Assembly: GCA_964475695.1 (NCBI GenBank)
Contig: CAYYYC010000001.1
Span: 2,888 to 44,897 of the forward strand
Reading direction: 5' to 3'
Origin: an uncultured Rubrivivax sp.
GTDB taxonomy: Bacteria > Pseudomonadota > Gammaproteobacteria > Burkholderiales > Burkholderiaceae_C
Length of the DNA stretch: 42,010 nt
Positions 9,403 to 18,047 of the stretch are shown piece by piece. Position 1 is the stretch's first letter, and each line of letters starts with the position of its first letter. The notes beneath the pieces were generated by a model. It did no database searches and had not been told where the DNA came from. It saw only the letters and a list, made by a program, of their open reading frames with translations. The position numbers and the translations under genes were made by a program.

Positions 9403-10694
9403 ACATCCTCATCACGGGCCATCACAGCCTGGGCAATCGGGGCTGCGAAGCGCTCCTGCGCTCAACAGTCGGCATGATCCGAAAGCGGCACCCTTCGAGT
9501 CGTTTCTGGGTGCCTTCCAGCCGGCCTTCAGCCGACGCCTCGCAGTGGCCCGAACACGCCGACAGCGGAGTCGAGTTCATCGATGTCCCGAAAAGCAGCC
9601 TGCTCCTGCGGAGCTGGGCCCGCGCCTGCGAAACGGCGCCACTGCTGTCGCGGGCATCCTGGCCCAGGGTGGAGCCGCCCGCGTCGTGGCGCCGGGTCAT
9701 TGGGCAAGTGGAGCTGACACTGTCCATCGGCGGGGACAACTACACGCTTGACTATGGGTTGGAGTCGCTGGCCTACCACGCCGGCGTGAACTCGTGGTCG
9801 ATCCGGCAGGGGGTGCCGGTCGTCCTTTGGGGGGCCTCGATCGGCCCGTTTTCGCGGGCGGATCTCCATGCGCGATCGATCGGGATCTCCATGCAGCGGC
9901 ACTTGGGCAGGCTCGCCGGGATCTCGGTGCGTGAATCTCTGACACAACGCCATCTCGATCAGATCCTGGGTACCGGGCCGGCTCCCTCGGGCGGGTTGCC
10001 GCGCGGTCGACGCCTGGTGACGGACCCCGCCTTCAATCTGGAGGCCCACCCCGCCGAGCTCCAGCGCTACTGGCCCGAAGGGGACGCACCCGTTGTCGGG
10101 CTCAACATCAGTCCCTACATGGTCGCAGGCCAAGGCGGCACGCACAGCGACGATCGAGCCGCGGGCGGCCTCGGCCTGGACGAGCTTGCCGGACTCGTCC
10201 GACAGCGATGCGAGTCGGGAGAGTTCAGATTCGTGCTCATTCCCCATGTCACCGCCCGAAATGCCGAGGGGGTTGATGTCCACTCGATCGGACCCGGCGC
10301 GGATGATGAAGTCCTGCTGGATCGCCTGTCGAGTCGTCTGGCGGGTGTGCGTGGGGTGGGACGGATTCCGGCCTGGGATGCGCCACGCCTGAAGTACGCC
10401 ATCGCTGCCTGTGATCTGTTCATCGGTGCTCGCACCCACTCGGTGATCGCGGCGCTGTCGAGCATGGTTCCGACCGTCGCGCTGGCCTACAGCGTCAAGG
10501 CCCACGGAATCCACCGAGACCTGTTCGGCCATGAGGACGGCGTCCTCGACAGGGCGGGGTTGAGCAAGGACAGTCTCGACCATGCGCTGAGCCGGCTGGC
10601 GCTGAGGTCCACGGCGGAAAAGGCACGGTTGTTGACCTTGATTCCCGACTGGCGCGCCAAAGCCATGCACGCTATGGATCTTCTTTCGCCATGA
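9399..10694 (+). CDS. Polysaccharide pyruvyl transferase family protein (PS_pyruv_trans, WcaK/CsaB-like)
   Basis: TTG at 9399 overlaps the nitroreductase stop (TTGA). N-terminus NILITGHHSLGNRGCEALL, plus IGGDNYTLDYG and GARTHSVIAALSSMVPTVALAYSVK. Confidence 0.7.
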   Translation: MNILITGHHSLGNRGCEALLRSTVGMIRKRHPSSRFWVPSSRPSADASQWPEHADSGVEFIDVPKSSLLLRSWARACETAPLLSRASWPRVEPPASWRRVIGQVELTLSIGGDNYTLDYGLESLAYHAGVNSWSIRQGVPVVLWGASIGPFSRADLHARSIGISMQRHLGRLAGISVRESLTQRHLDQILGTGPAPSGGLPRGRRLVTDPAFNLEAHPAELQRYWPEGDAPVVGLNISPYMVAGQGGTHSDDRAAGGLGLDELAGLVRQRCESGEFRFVLIPHVTARNAEGVDVHSIGPGADDEVLLDRLSSRLAGVRGVGRIPAWDAPRLKYAIAACDLFIGARTHSVIAALSSMVPTVALAYSVKAHGIHRDLFGHEDGVLDRAGLSKDSLDHALSRLALRSTAEKARLLTLIPDWRAKAMHAMDLLSP

Positions 10695-10704
10695 AATTCG
10701 CCGG

Positions 10705-11877
10705 GTGATCGGTCGACGCCAAACTTCAGCCCAGCCGCCTGCGGCCATCGCCATCGTCGGCTCCGATCCGGCCGCCCCGGGTGGAATCAGTCGTGTGATC
10801 CAACTCACGCTCAAGAGCCCATTGGCGGCGTGTTGGCGGCTGATCATGGTGCCCACATGGGTGGAGGGCTCGAGTCGGAAGCGGGCCTGCGCCTATCTGG
10901 GCTCGCTGGCGCAGATCTGGTGGATGGCGGCGGCAGGTCGGCTTCAGGCGGTTCATCTCCACATGGCTGCGCGTGGAAGCTTCTGGCGCAAATGGCTCAT
11001 CGGCATGCCGCTCACGCGTTCGGGCGTGCGCGTGATCGTCCATATCCACGATGGAACGCTCGCGAGCTGGCACGCGGCCCAGCATCCTTGGACACAGGCG
11101 CTGTTCCGGCGCTTCGTCGAGGATGCCGACGCCGTCATCGCCTTGAGCCCGGCCTGGAGGCAAGCCCTGGCACCACTGGCTCCGAAAGCCCGTTGGCTGG
11201 TGGTCTGCAATCCGGTGGCCATTCCCCGCTCGACGGCATTCTCCGCGCCATCCCCGAGCGACGGGAGCTTGTTCGCTTCCCCTTCCGACGCCGCTGGAAG
11301 GACCATTCTCTTTCTCGGGCGCCTCCGGGAGGAAAAGGGCCTGGAGGAACTGCTGTCCGCAGCCGTTGAGCTCGCCCGGATCCGGCCGGCTGACCGCTGG
11401 CTCCTGGGTGGCGATGGAGACATCGCTGCCGTCGGGCGCAGGCTCGCCGAACTTGGACTCACCCAGACGGTTCGGCTGCTCGGGTGGTTGAACGAGGAGC
11501 AGAAGAGCCGCGCACTTTCCTCGGCGGACCTGCTGACACTGCCTTCACACGCCGAGGGCCAGCCTCTGGCGGTTCTGGAGGCGATGGCCTGGGGGATCCC
11601 GGTGGTGGCCACCGACGTGGGGGACATCCCTCACCTCCTCGCCTGCGGCGCCGGCATTTCGGTGCCCCCAGGGGACCCACCCGCCCTCAGCGCTGCGGTG
11701 CTCCGCGTCTTGCAGGACCCTGAACTCTCGCAGCAGATGGGCGCCTGCGGTCGGCGCCATGCGTTTGAACACCACAGCGTGGAACGGGTGGCCTTCGAAC
11801 TCGACGCCCTGTATCGCCGGCTGGGACTTGTGCCCACGGCAGGCCCTCTTCTTCCTCCCCGGCAGGTCCGGAGCTGA
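10705..11877 (+). CDS. Family 4 (GT-B, Glycos_transf_1) glycosyltransferase
   Basis: GTG start 10 nt after the upstream stop. ILFLGRLREEKGLEELL, and the EX7E region PSHAEGQPLAVLEAMAWGIPVVATDVGDI. Confidence 0.8.
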   Translation: MIGRRQTSAQPPAAIAIVGSDPAAPGGISRVIQLTLKSPLAACWRLIMVPTWVEGSSRKRACAYLGSLAQIWWMAAAGRLQAVHLHMAARGSFWRKWLIGMPLTRSGVRVIVHIHDGTLASWHAAQHPWTQALFRRFVEDADAVIALSPAWRQALAPLAPKARWLVVCNPVAIPRSTAFSAPSPSDGSLFASPSDAAGRTILFLGRLREEKGLEELLSAAVELARIRPADRWLLGGDGDIAAVGRRLAELGLTQTVRLLGWLNEEQKSRALSSADLLTLPSHAEGQPLAVLEAMAWGIPVVATDVGDIPHLLACGAGISVPPGDPPALSAAVLRVLQDPELSQQMGACGRRHAFEHHSVERVAFELDALYRRLGLVPTAGPLLPPRQVRS

Positions 11878-11879
11878 TC

Positions 11880-13868
11880 ATGTGTGCGATTGCAGGCGTC
11901 TGGGCAAGGGAGCCCTTCAGCGCAGATCAGGTCCGACATTGGGCACTGGCCATGGCGGAGTCGATGCGACATCGCGGGCCGGATGGCGGGGGCGTCTGGG
12001 TTGATCCTGCCGCGGGTCTGGCCCTGGCCCATCGCCGCCTGGCCATCCGCGACCCGGGCCAGGGCGCCGCCCAGCCCATGGTTGACCCGGGGGACGGACA
12101 GGTCCTGGTCTTCAACGGCGAGATCGACAACCACCAGTCCTGGCGGACTGAACTGGCCCGACAAGGACGGCAGTTCGGCCATCTCGATCGGGCGACCAAC
12201 CGCCTCGGCTCGAGTCCTGGGGACACCGAGTCGCTGTTGCACGCCCTGAGCGCGTGGGGGGCGGATGCCGCTTGCCGACGGTCGCAAGGGATGTGGGCAT
12301 GGGGATGGTTCGAGCGGGCTTCGCAACGGCTCACCCTGTCGCGGGATCGAATCGGCAAGAAGCCCTTGTATTGGCTCGAAGCCGATTGGGGCATGGCGTT
12401 TGCATCCCAGATTCAGGCTTTCCGGCATCTCCCGATGTTCCACCCGGCCATCCACCCTCCAGCCCTGTCGCACTATTTGCGGTGGGGATTCATCGAAGGC
12501 CCCGACACCATGCTTGAGCGGGTGCATCGGGTGGAGCCGGGCCAGATCGTGACCTTCGAACGGGCAAAGCTGGCGTCCCGTCGCCGATATTGGAGCGTCA
12601 ATGAGGCCGTCGTCAACGGCGTTGAATCCAGGCTCGACTCGCCGGCCCTCGCTGAGCGGGAGTTGCTGCAGACACTCAGGCAGGCAGTTGCCGAGCGCAT
12701 GAGCACAGATGTGGAGGCCGGCGCCTTTCTCTCCGGCGGCATCGACTCGGCGTTGGTGGTGGCGTTGATGCAGGAGACCGCCGGCCAGACCCGAACCTGG
12801 TGTGTCGCCTTTGACGATCCGCAGCACGACGAATCTTCGCAGGCCCGCACGATTGCCGGCCTCCTCGGGACTCGCCATGAAACGGTGAGGGTGGACGGTC
12901 GCGCCGCAGCGGCTGTCTTGCCGAGTCTCTGCCAAATCATGGACGAGCCGATGGCCGATGCATCGCTGATTCCCACCGCGCTGCTTTCCCGGCATGCCGC
13001 GCAGCATGTCAAGCTGGTCCTGACCGGCGACGGCGGTGATGAGAATTTCGGGGGTTATCCGCGCTACCGCATGCACGGCGCGCTGATGAGGCGGTTGGGC
13101 GCGCTGCCCGCGGGCTCGCGCAGGGCCTTGGCCTGGACACTGGAACGCCTGAGCCCTGCCGAATGGGCGCAAGCGGCCCAATGGCTGCCACCGGGTTGGC
13201 GACCCACTCTGCCGGCCTCGAAGGTCGACAAGCTGGCTCGCTGGCTTCGTTGCGCCGACGACCAGGCGCGATCGCAGGTGGGACTGACCCGCTGGGAGCC
13301 TCGTCAACTCTGGCACGACGCGCCTGAAGACTCTCCCCTGCCCGAGTCGCTCCAGTGCGTTTCGGCGCCGATGGATTCGGCCATTCTTCGACTCGCACCC
13401 TCCGAGCAGATGCAGCGGATCGAGACGGCGCATTACCTGTGCGGCGACCTGCTGGCCAAGATGGACCGCGCAACGATGTGGAGCTCCCTGGAGGCCAGAA
13501 GCCCGCTGCTTGACCACCGTGTGGTTGCGACAGCCTGGCGGATCGCCCCAGGCCTCAAGGCCGATGGGCCGCGATTGAAGGAGGTGCTTCGCCGCTGTGT
13601 CGAGCACTACCTTCCCCGGGCGCTCATGGATCTGCCCAAGCGAGGATTCACTCCGCCCTTGGACCGATGGCTGCGTCATGACCTCAGGCCGGCGGCCAAA
13701 GAACTGCTCGAGGGGCTGATCGACCACACCAGGGATCGCTGGAATGGGGCCCTGGTGCGTGAGGCCTGGGCGATGCAGCAGACGGGAACCCGTCATGAGG
13801 TGGACCGGATCTGGACCCTGCTGGCCTTGGAAATGTGGCGCCGGGAATGGCGAGTGGATCTCCCATGA
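11880..13868 (+). CDS. Asparagine synthase (glutamine-hydrolysing) family amidotransferase, of the EPS/exosortase-locus type
   Basis: Ntn-type N-terminus MCAIAGVW. GATase-II region LVFNGEIDNH. PP-loop FLSGGIDSALVVALM. 662 aa. Confidence 0.85.
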   Translation: MCAIAGVWAREPFSADQVRHWALAMAESMRHRGPDGGGVWVDPAAGLALAHRRLAIRDPGQGAAQPMVDPGDGQVLVFNGEIDNHQSWRTELARQGRQFGHLDRATNRLGSSPGDTESLLHALSAWGADAACRRSQGMWAWGWFERASQRLTLSRDRIGKKPLYWLEADWGMAFASQIQAFRHLPMFHPAIHPPALSHYLRWGFIEGPDTMLERVHRVEPGQIVTFERAKLASRRRYWSVNEAVVNGVESRLDSPALAERELLQTLRQAVAERMSTDVEAGAFLSGGIDSALVVALMQETAGQTRTWCVAFDDPQHDESSQARTIAGLLGTRHETVRVDGRAAAAVLPSLCQIMDEPMADASLIPTALLSRHAAQHVKLVLTGDGGDENFGGYPRYRMHGALMRRLGALPAGSRRALAWTLERLSPAEWAQAAQWLPPGWRPTLPASKVDKLARWLRCADDQARSQVGLTRWEPRQLWHDAPEDSPLPESLQCVSAPMDSAILRLAPSEQMQRIETAHYLCGDLLAKMDRATMWSSLEARSPLLDHRVVATAWRIAPGLKADGPRLKEVLRRCVEHYLPRALMDLPKRGFTPPLDRWLRHDLRPAAKELLEGLIDHTRDRWNGALVREAWAMQQTGTRHEVDRIWTLLALEMWRREWRVDLP

Positions 13869-14365
13869 GCCCTGAGTCCAGGCCGGTGACCGTGTTGGCG
13901 ATTGCCTCCGGAGGGGGGCACTGGCTTCAGCTGTCTCGCCTGGCGCCGGCCTGGGCTGGCTGCCGCGTGGTCAGCGCCTGCGCGGCAGAGGCCCCGCCCC
14001 TGCCGGGAGGGGTTCTCAGCCACCACAGGCTCAGGGATGCCACCCGATGGAATCCCCGCGATGCCCTGGTGTTGGGTGCGCAGGTCGCTGTGCTGATCCT
14101 CAAGGCAAGGCCGGACATTGTGGTGACCACTGGGGCCCTGCCCGGTCTCTTTGGCGTGCTCTGGGGTCGACTGATTGGAGCGCACACGGTCTGGATCGAC
14201 AGCGTGGCCAATGTCCGGCGGGTTTCGGGTTCAGGCCGGATCGCCGGCCTCATCGCGCATGAATGGTGGACACAGTGGCCGCACCTCAGCCCCGGGCAGC
14301 GTGAGCCCTCCACCCGAAAGCATCCATTGGGCAGGAGGCCGGATTACCGTGGTTCGGTCTGGTGA
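13865..14365 (+). CDS. Alg14-like glycosyltransferase accessory subunit (PssD/CpsF-like)
   Basis: ATGA overlap with the amidotransferase stop. VLAIASGGGHWLQL, VVTTGALPG, VWIDSVANV. Confidence 0.65.
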   Translation: MSPESRPVTVLAIASGGGHWLQLSRLAPAWAGCRVVSACAAEAPPLPGGVLSHHRLRDATRWNPRDALVLGAQVAVLILKARPDIVVTTGALPGLFGVLWGRLIGAHTVWIDSVANVRRVSGSGRIAGLIAHEWWTQWPHLSPGQREPSTRKHPLGRRPDYRGSVW

Positions 14366-14915
14366 ACGGATCCGCGTCTTCCTGACCGTTGGATCGCAAA
14401 TGCCCTTCGACCGTCTGGTGGCTGCGGTTGCGGCGTGGGCCCAAGCCCGGCCGGCTGTGGCGGTGGTGGCTCAGGTCGGACAATCATCCTTGCCGGCGGG
14501 CACCCTTGAACAGGTGAATGCGCTTGAGAGCCTGCCGCCGGCAGCGTATCTGGACCAATGCCGCCTGTCGGATCTGATCGTGGCTCACGCCGGCATGGGG
14601 TCGATCCTGACGGCGCTGGAGCTCGACAAGCCCTTGGTGGTGATGCCCCGCCGCGGCGCTCTTCGGGAAACGAGAAATGACCACCAGTTCGACACGGCTC
14701 GGCACTTGATGCTGCGGGAAGCCCGTGCGGGGAAGAGCGCCATCAGCGTGGCGATGCAGGAGGATGCGCTGCCCGATGTGCTGGACCGGGCCTGTGGCCC
14801 TCGGCCTGGGCATTGCCCGGCGCTCCGGTCGAAAGGTCCGGCACCGGAGTCGGCAGCGCAGGCGGCACTGCGCGAGAGTCTGCGCGCCGTGATCCTGCGA
14901 AGGCGTCGTCTTTGA
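14349..14915 (+). CDS. Alg13-like / Glyco_tran_28_C catalytic subunit (PssE/CpsG-like)
   Basis: GTG at 14349 is the only canonical start upstream of the conserved N-terminus IRVFLTVGSQMPFDRLV. It overlaps the Alg14-like gene by 17 nt. IVAHAGMGSILTALE, and PRRGALRETRNDHQ matches the family pattern. Confidence 0.65.
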   Translation: MVRSGERIRVFLTVGSQMPFDRLVAAVAAWAQARPAVAVVAQVGQSSLPAGTLEQVNALESLPPAAYLDQCRLSDLIVAHAGMGSILTALELDKPLVVMPRRGALRETRNDHQFDTARHLMLREARAGKSAISVAMQEDALPDVLDRACGPRPGHCPALRSKGPAPESAAQAALRESLRAVILRRRRL

Positions 14916-14972
14916 GCCCTTGACTGTGGCCCGTGGCGGAAATCACGCAGCAGGCGCCCGCGGTGCATCCGG

Positions 14973-16328
14973 TCAGCGAAGGCGCCAGCGCAGACTGCAT
15001 TGCCACTGCCTGTCTCGCCACAGCACAAGGTCAGGGTCCTGGCCGGGCCAGTCATCGTCGAAACCTCGGCCCGACCGCAGTTCTCGCCGGACGACACAAC
15101 GCGCAGTCACCCTGTTCGTCAGATCCCAACTGAGCCCCAAGGATCGTCGATCGAGTCGATCTCGCCACCGCAGCATTGGTGTGGGAAGCCATGGCTGATT
15201 GATGCCGAAAAGCCAGGACTGCGATCCCAATCGATCGATCACATGCCAATCCATGCGCAGCTGCAGGCGAAATCCCAGATCCCACTGAACCCCGACCCTG
15301 GCCTGGCGCACCTCGTTGGCGCCCTGCAGGAGGAAGCCTGCTCCGCCGATCCCGGTCTCATAACCCTGGGACTGCTGTCCGCGGTCTCTTGACGCAGCCA
15401 GATTCAGGCTCCACGGAACAACCGGCCGCCAGCGGATTTCCGTTTGCAGGCTGTGGATGGCCGATTCGGTGGAGGCCTGCGACAGGGAGTCGGCCATGGC
15501 CTGCACCTGTGCGCCCGCCGCCGACAACAGCCATCGACGCTGCCCCCTTCCCATGGACATGCGCAGAGTCCACCCGTCTCCCGGGCGAGGCACCCAGCTC
15601 CACTCGGCGTCCCACACGGCCAGCCGGTAGTCCACCTCGGGGGAGGCGCCTGATGGCGTGACCACGGCCGTCTGCGTGCCTTGCAGCAGGCGGCGACCCA
15701 GGCTCCAGAAAAGGGTCTGCGCGAATTCGCCGCGAGCCAGAAGTCGCCATGTGTCCTGCCCATACCCGGGCCACCAGGTCTGCGGTCGATTGGGCTGCAA
15801 CTCCTCGCGTTGCCACTGGGCCTCCAGGCTCCATGCCCTCTGCACGCCCCACTGGAAAGCGGCTCCGCGCTGCTCGAAGGTCTGCACCCGCCTCTCGCCC
15901 GTGGTCGGATCCAGCCGAAGCTGTCCCTCCAGCGCGTCCTGCTGGCGCTGCCAGCTCAACCTTGCTCCCAGGTCGGCCGCTGTCTCCAGATCAAGGCGCG
16001 CACCCACTCGATAGGCCTGGTGGTCCAGAGCGCCCTCGTTGGCATAGTGGGTGTTCGCCAGGCGCCCGAATCCGACAAGCCGCTGCCGGCCCCACCCGTG
16101 GCGATAGGTGCCATCCAGGATCGAGATGGAAGCGGTGTCGGGCGATGTGGGAAGGCCAGGACGGGCCTGCAGCGGATTGGCTTCCTGCAGAACGGCCTGC
16201 TCGATGGCCACGCTCAGGCCCTCCTGCGAGGCGGCCGGAGCGGCGCCGGGATTCGTCTGGGCCAGGGCGATCCCGACATCACCCAGGACGGCCAGAGACA
16301 GGCCGGCAACGAGACGCCGCGCTGGCAT
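14973..16328 (-). CDS. Outer-membrane beta-barrel protein, EpsL-like / PEP-CTERM-system-associated barrel
   Basis: The internal ATG at 16328 sits 4 nt after the upstream stop. Signal peptide MPARRLVAGLSLAVLGDVGIALAQ. Many alternating amphipathic strands rich in W/R/Q (AFQWGVQRAWSLEAQWQ, VGVQWDLGFRLQLRMDW). Family call is by context. Confidence 0.5.
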   Translation of the reverse strand: MPARRLVAGLSLAVLGDVGIALAQTNPGAAPAASQEGLSVAIEQAVLQEANPLQARPGLPTSPDTASISILDGTYRHGWGRQRLVGFGRLANTHYANEGALDHQAYRVGARLDLETAADLGARLSWQRQQDALEGQLRLDPTTGERRVQTFEQRGAAFQWGVQRAWSLEAQWQREELQPNRPQTWWPGYGQDTWRLLARGEFAQTLFWSLGRRLLQGTQTAVVTPSGASPEVDYRLAVWDAEWSWVPRPGDGWTLRMSMGRGQRRWLLSAAGAQVQAMADSLSQASTESAIHSLQTEIRWRPVVPWSLNLAASRDRGQQSQGYETGIGGAGFLLQGANEVRQARVGVQWDLGFRLQLRMDWHVIDRLGSQSWLFGINQPWLPTPMLRWRDRLDRRSLGLSWDLTNRVTARCVVRRELRSGRGFDDDWPGQDPDLVLWRDRQWQCSLRWRLR

Positions 16329-16332
16329 GAAG

Positions 16333-17868
16333 TCACCAGGCCTTGGCATCTTTGAAGACCAATCCAACGGTCCGCAGGACGATCTGGAAATCCAGCGACA
16401 GCGACCAGTTTTGGAGGTAGAAGAGGTCATGCTCCACCCTTCGGCGCATCTTCTCCACGGTCTCCGTTTCCCCTCTGAAGCCATTGACTTGCGCCCATCC
16501 CGTGATCCCGGGACGAACCTTGTGGCGGAGCATGTAGGCGATCACCAGACCCCGGTACTGCTCGTTGTGGGCCAACGCATGCGGCCGTGGACCGACCACA
16601 CTCATGCGGCCCTGCAGGACATTGATGAACTGAGGCAGCTCATCCAGGGATGTGCGCCGCAGGAATCTGCCGAGCCGGGTGACTCGGGTGTCTTCGCGGG
16701 TGGCCTGTCGGACATTGCGGCCGTCTTCCATCACGCTCATCGTCCTGAACTTCCAGACCTCGATGACCCGACCATTCAGCCCGAGTCGCCTTTGGCGAAA
16801 GAGGGCAGGCCCGGCGGACTCAAGCCGCACCGCGATTCCGATGAGCAGCATCAGGGGCGAGAGGATCAGGAGTGCCATGGACGCCAGGGCCAGATCGCTG
16901 AGTCTCTTGGCCGCGCCATCAATGCCGCCGTAGGGTGACTCCGTCAGGCCGATGAGCGGCAGCCCGTCGAGGGTGCCGATGTTTCCCTGCACAACGGTGC
17001 CCTTCAAGACATCGGGAACCCACCTGACCGTCACCGTGCTGTCTGCGATGGCTCGCCACATTCGAAGGTCGGCCTGTCTCTGCGGTTGCGCGCCCTGTCT
17101 TTCATCGGATGGCGTGGTGAGATAGAGCTCGTCGAGCAATCCATGCTTCAGATGCGACTCCAGTTCCCGGATACCGCCCAGCCGGCGGCTCCTGGCGCCG
17201 CCGTGCCCTACCCCACCGCGCCGACTCGAGGGCCCGTCGGCAAGATCAAACCAGCCCATGAATCGACGCGCCTGAACTCCCTTCAGACGCCGAAGGGCCC
17301 TTGCGGTCCGCAGGCCCATCGGGCCGATGCCGACGACCGCGGCATTGGGCATTTGCGCCCTCAGCAGCCAACGAGCCCAGGCCGCCGCCACGACAGCGAT
17401 CAGTCCCTGATGAACCACAGGCGCAGCCACCAGCCATGACGCCCACAGCGGCAGGTTCATGCTCAGCAGCCCCCGGGTCGCCCAGGCGCAGAGTGCCAGA
17501 ACCAACGCCAGCATCACACCGTTGAAGGCGGCGGTGCTCCAGCGCAGCCATCGGCTGGCGAACAGATGGTCGGGCGCCGGGAAAGTCAGCGCCAGGACCA
17601 ACAGCAGCAGCCCCCAGTCGACATCCCCGATCGTCTGGAATGGGCTCGGAACTGTCCGCTCACCTTGCGCTTGGGCAGACTGGGGCGCCGCAACCCCACC
17701 CCACTGCGGCCCGAGCAGGCTCTGGATGAAGGCCAGCAGCAGAAACACCGTCACGAAGACGAGCGGCTCCAGCACAGCAGACACCCATGCCGATCCGGCT
17801 GCAGGCGCTGGCCTGAACAGCAGGGGCCGAGAGGGTTGGGTGGACGCGGTCGAATCTGGCCGATGCAT
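16333..17868 (-). CDS. Undecaprenyl-phosphate hexose-1-phosphate transferase (WcaJ/EpsB-type priming glycosyltransferase)
   Basis: N-terminal TM bundle plus a C-terminal Bac_transf domain: LILSPLMLLIGIAVRLESAGPALFRQRR, KFRTM, DELPQFINVLQGRMSVVGPRP, PGITGWAQV. Confidence 0.85.
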   Translation of the reverse strand: MHRPDSTASTQPSRPLLFRPAPAAGSAWVSAVLEPLVFVTVFLLLAFIQSLLGPQWGGVAAPQSAQAQGERTVPSPFQTIGDVDWGLLLLVLALTFPAPDHLFASRWLRWSTAAFNGVMLALVLALCAWATRGLLSMNLPLWASWLVAAPVVHQGLIAVVAAAWARWLLRAQMPNAAVVGIGPMGLRTARALRRLKGVQARRFMGWFDLADGPSSRRGGVGHGGARSRRLGGIRELESHLKHGLLDELYLTTPSDERQGAQPQRQADLRMWRAIADSTVTVRWVPDVLKGTVVQGNIGTLDGLPLIGLTESPYGGIDGAAKRLSDLALASMALLILSPLMLLIGIAVRLESAGPALFRQRRLGLNGRVIEVWKFRTMSVMEDGRNVRQATREDTRVTRLGRFLRRTSLDELPQFINVLQGRMSVVGPRPHALAHNEQYRGLVIAYMLRHKVRPGITGWAQVNGFRGETETVEKMRRRVEHDLFYLQNWSLSLDFQIVLRTVGLVFKDAKAW

Positions 17869-17959
17869 GAGCAGATCCCAGTTTCATGCAGCGGCCATAG
17901 CCTGCTGGCCACATTTCTCAAAGTCGGCAGCCAAACAGCGAAGATCATCGGGTCCCCCG

Positions 17960-17988
17960 TTGCCGCACGGCTGATGCCGTCAAAGATT
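17960..17988 (+). promoter_or_regulatory. Candidate sigma70-like promoter for the tviB-like gene (TTGCCG - 17 nt - AAGATT)
   Basis: Hexamer spacing read directly in the 179-nt divergent intergenic region. Both hexamers are imperfect. Confidence 0.15.
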
Positions 17989-18014
17989 CATCATCCCGAG
18001 CCCGCAGCACAACA

Positions 18015-18031
18015 CCTCAGCAGTCCTGAGG
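18015..18031 (+). promoter_or_regulatory. Small 5'-leader hairpin CCTCAG-cagtc-CTGAGG 17 nt upstream of the tviB-like ATG
   Basis: 6-bp inverted repeat read directly. No SD-like sequence is evident between it and the ATG. Confidence 0.15.
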
Positions 18032-18047
18032 CGCATCCCACCACGCA

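Noticed and set aside
11631-13796. 721-aa ORF antisense to the AsnB-like amidotransferase (the longest ORF in the track)
   Set aside because: The sense strand carries unambiguous MCAIAG / SGGIDS asparagine-synthase motifs. The antisense product has none and shows the Arg/Pro/Gly bias of GC-rich non-coding frames.
14916-14972. Intrinsic terminator between the convergent EPS operon end and the beta-barrel gene; likewise at 19323-19372 and 29816-29867
   Set aside because: I found no convincing GC-rich stem followed by a T-run in any of these short convergent spacers.
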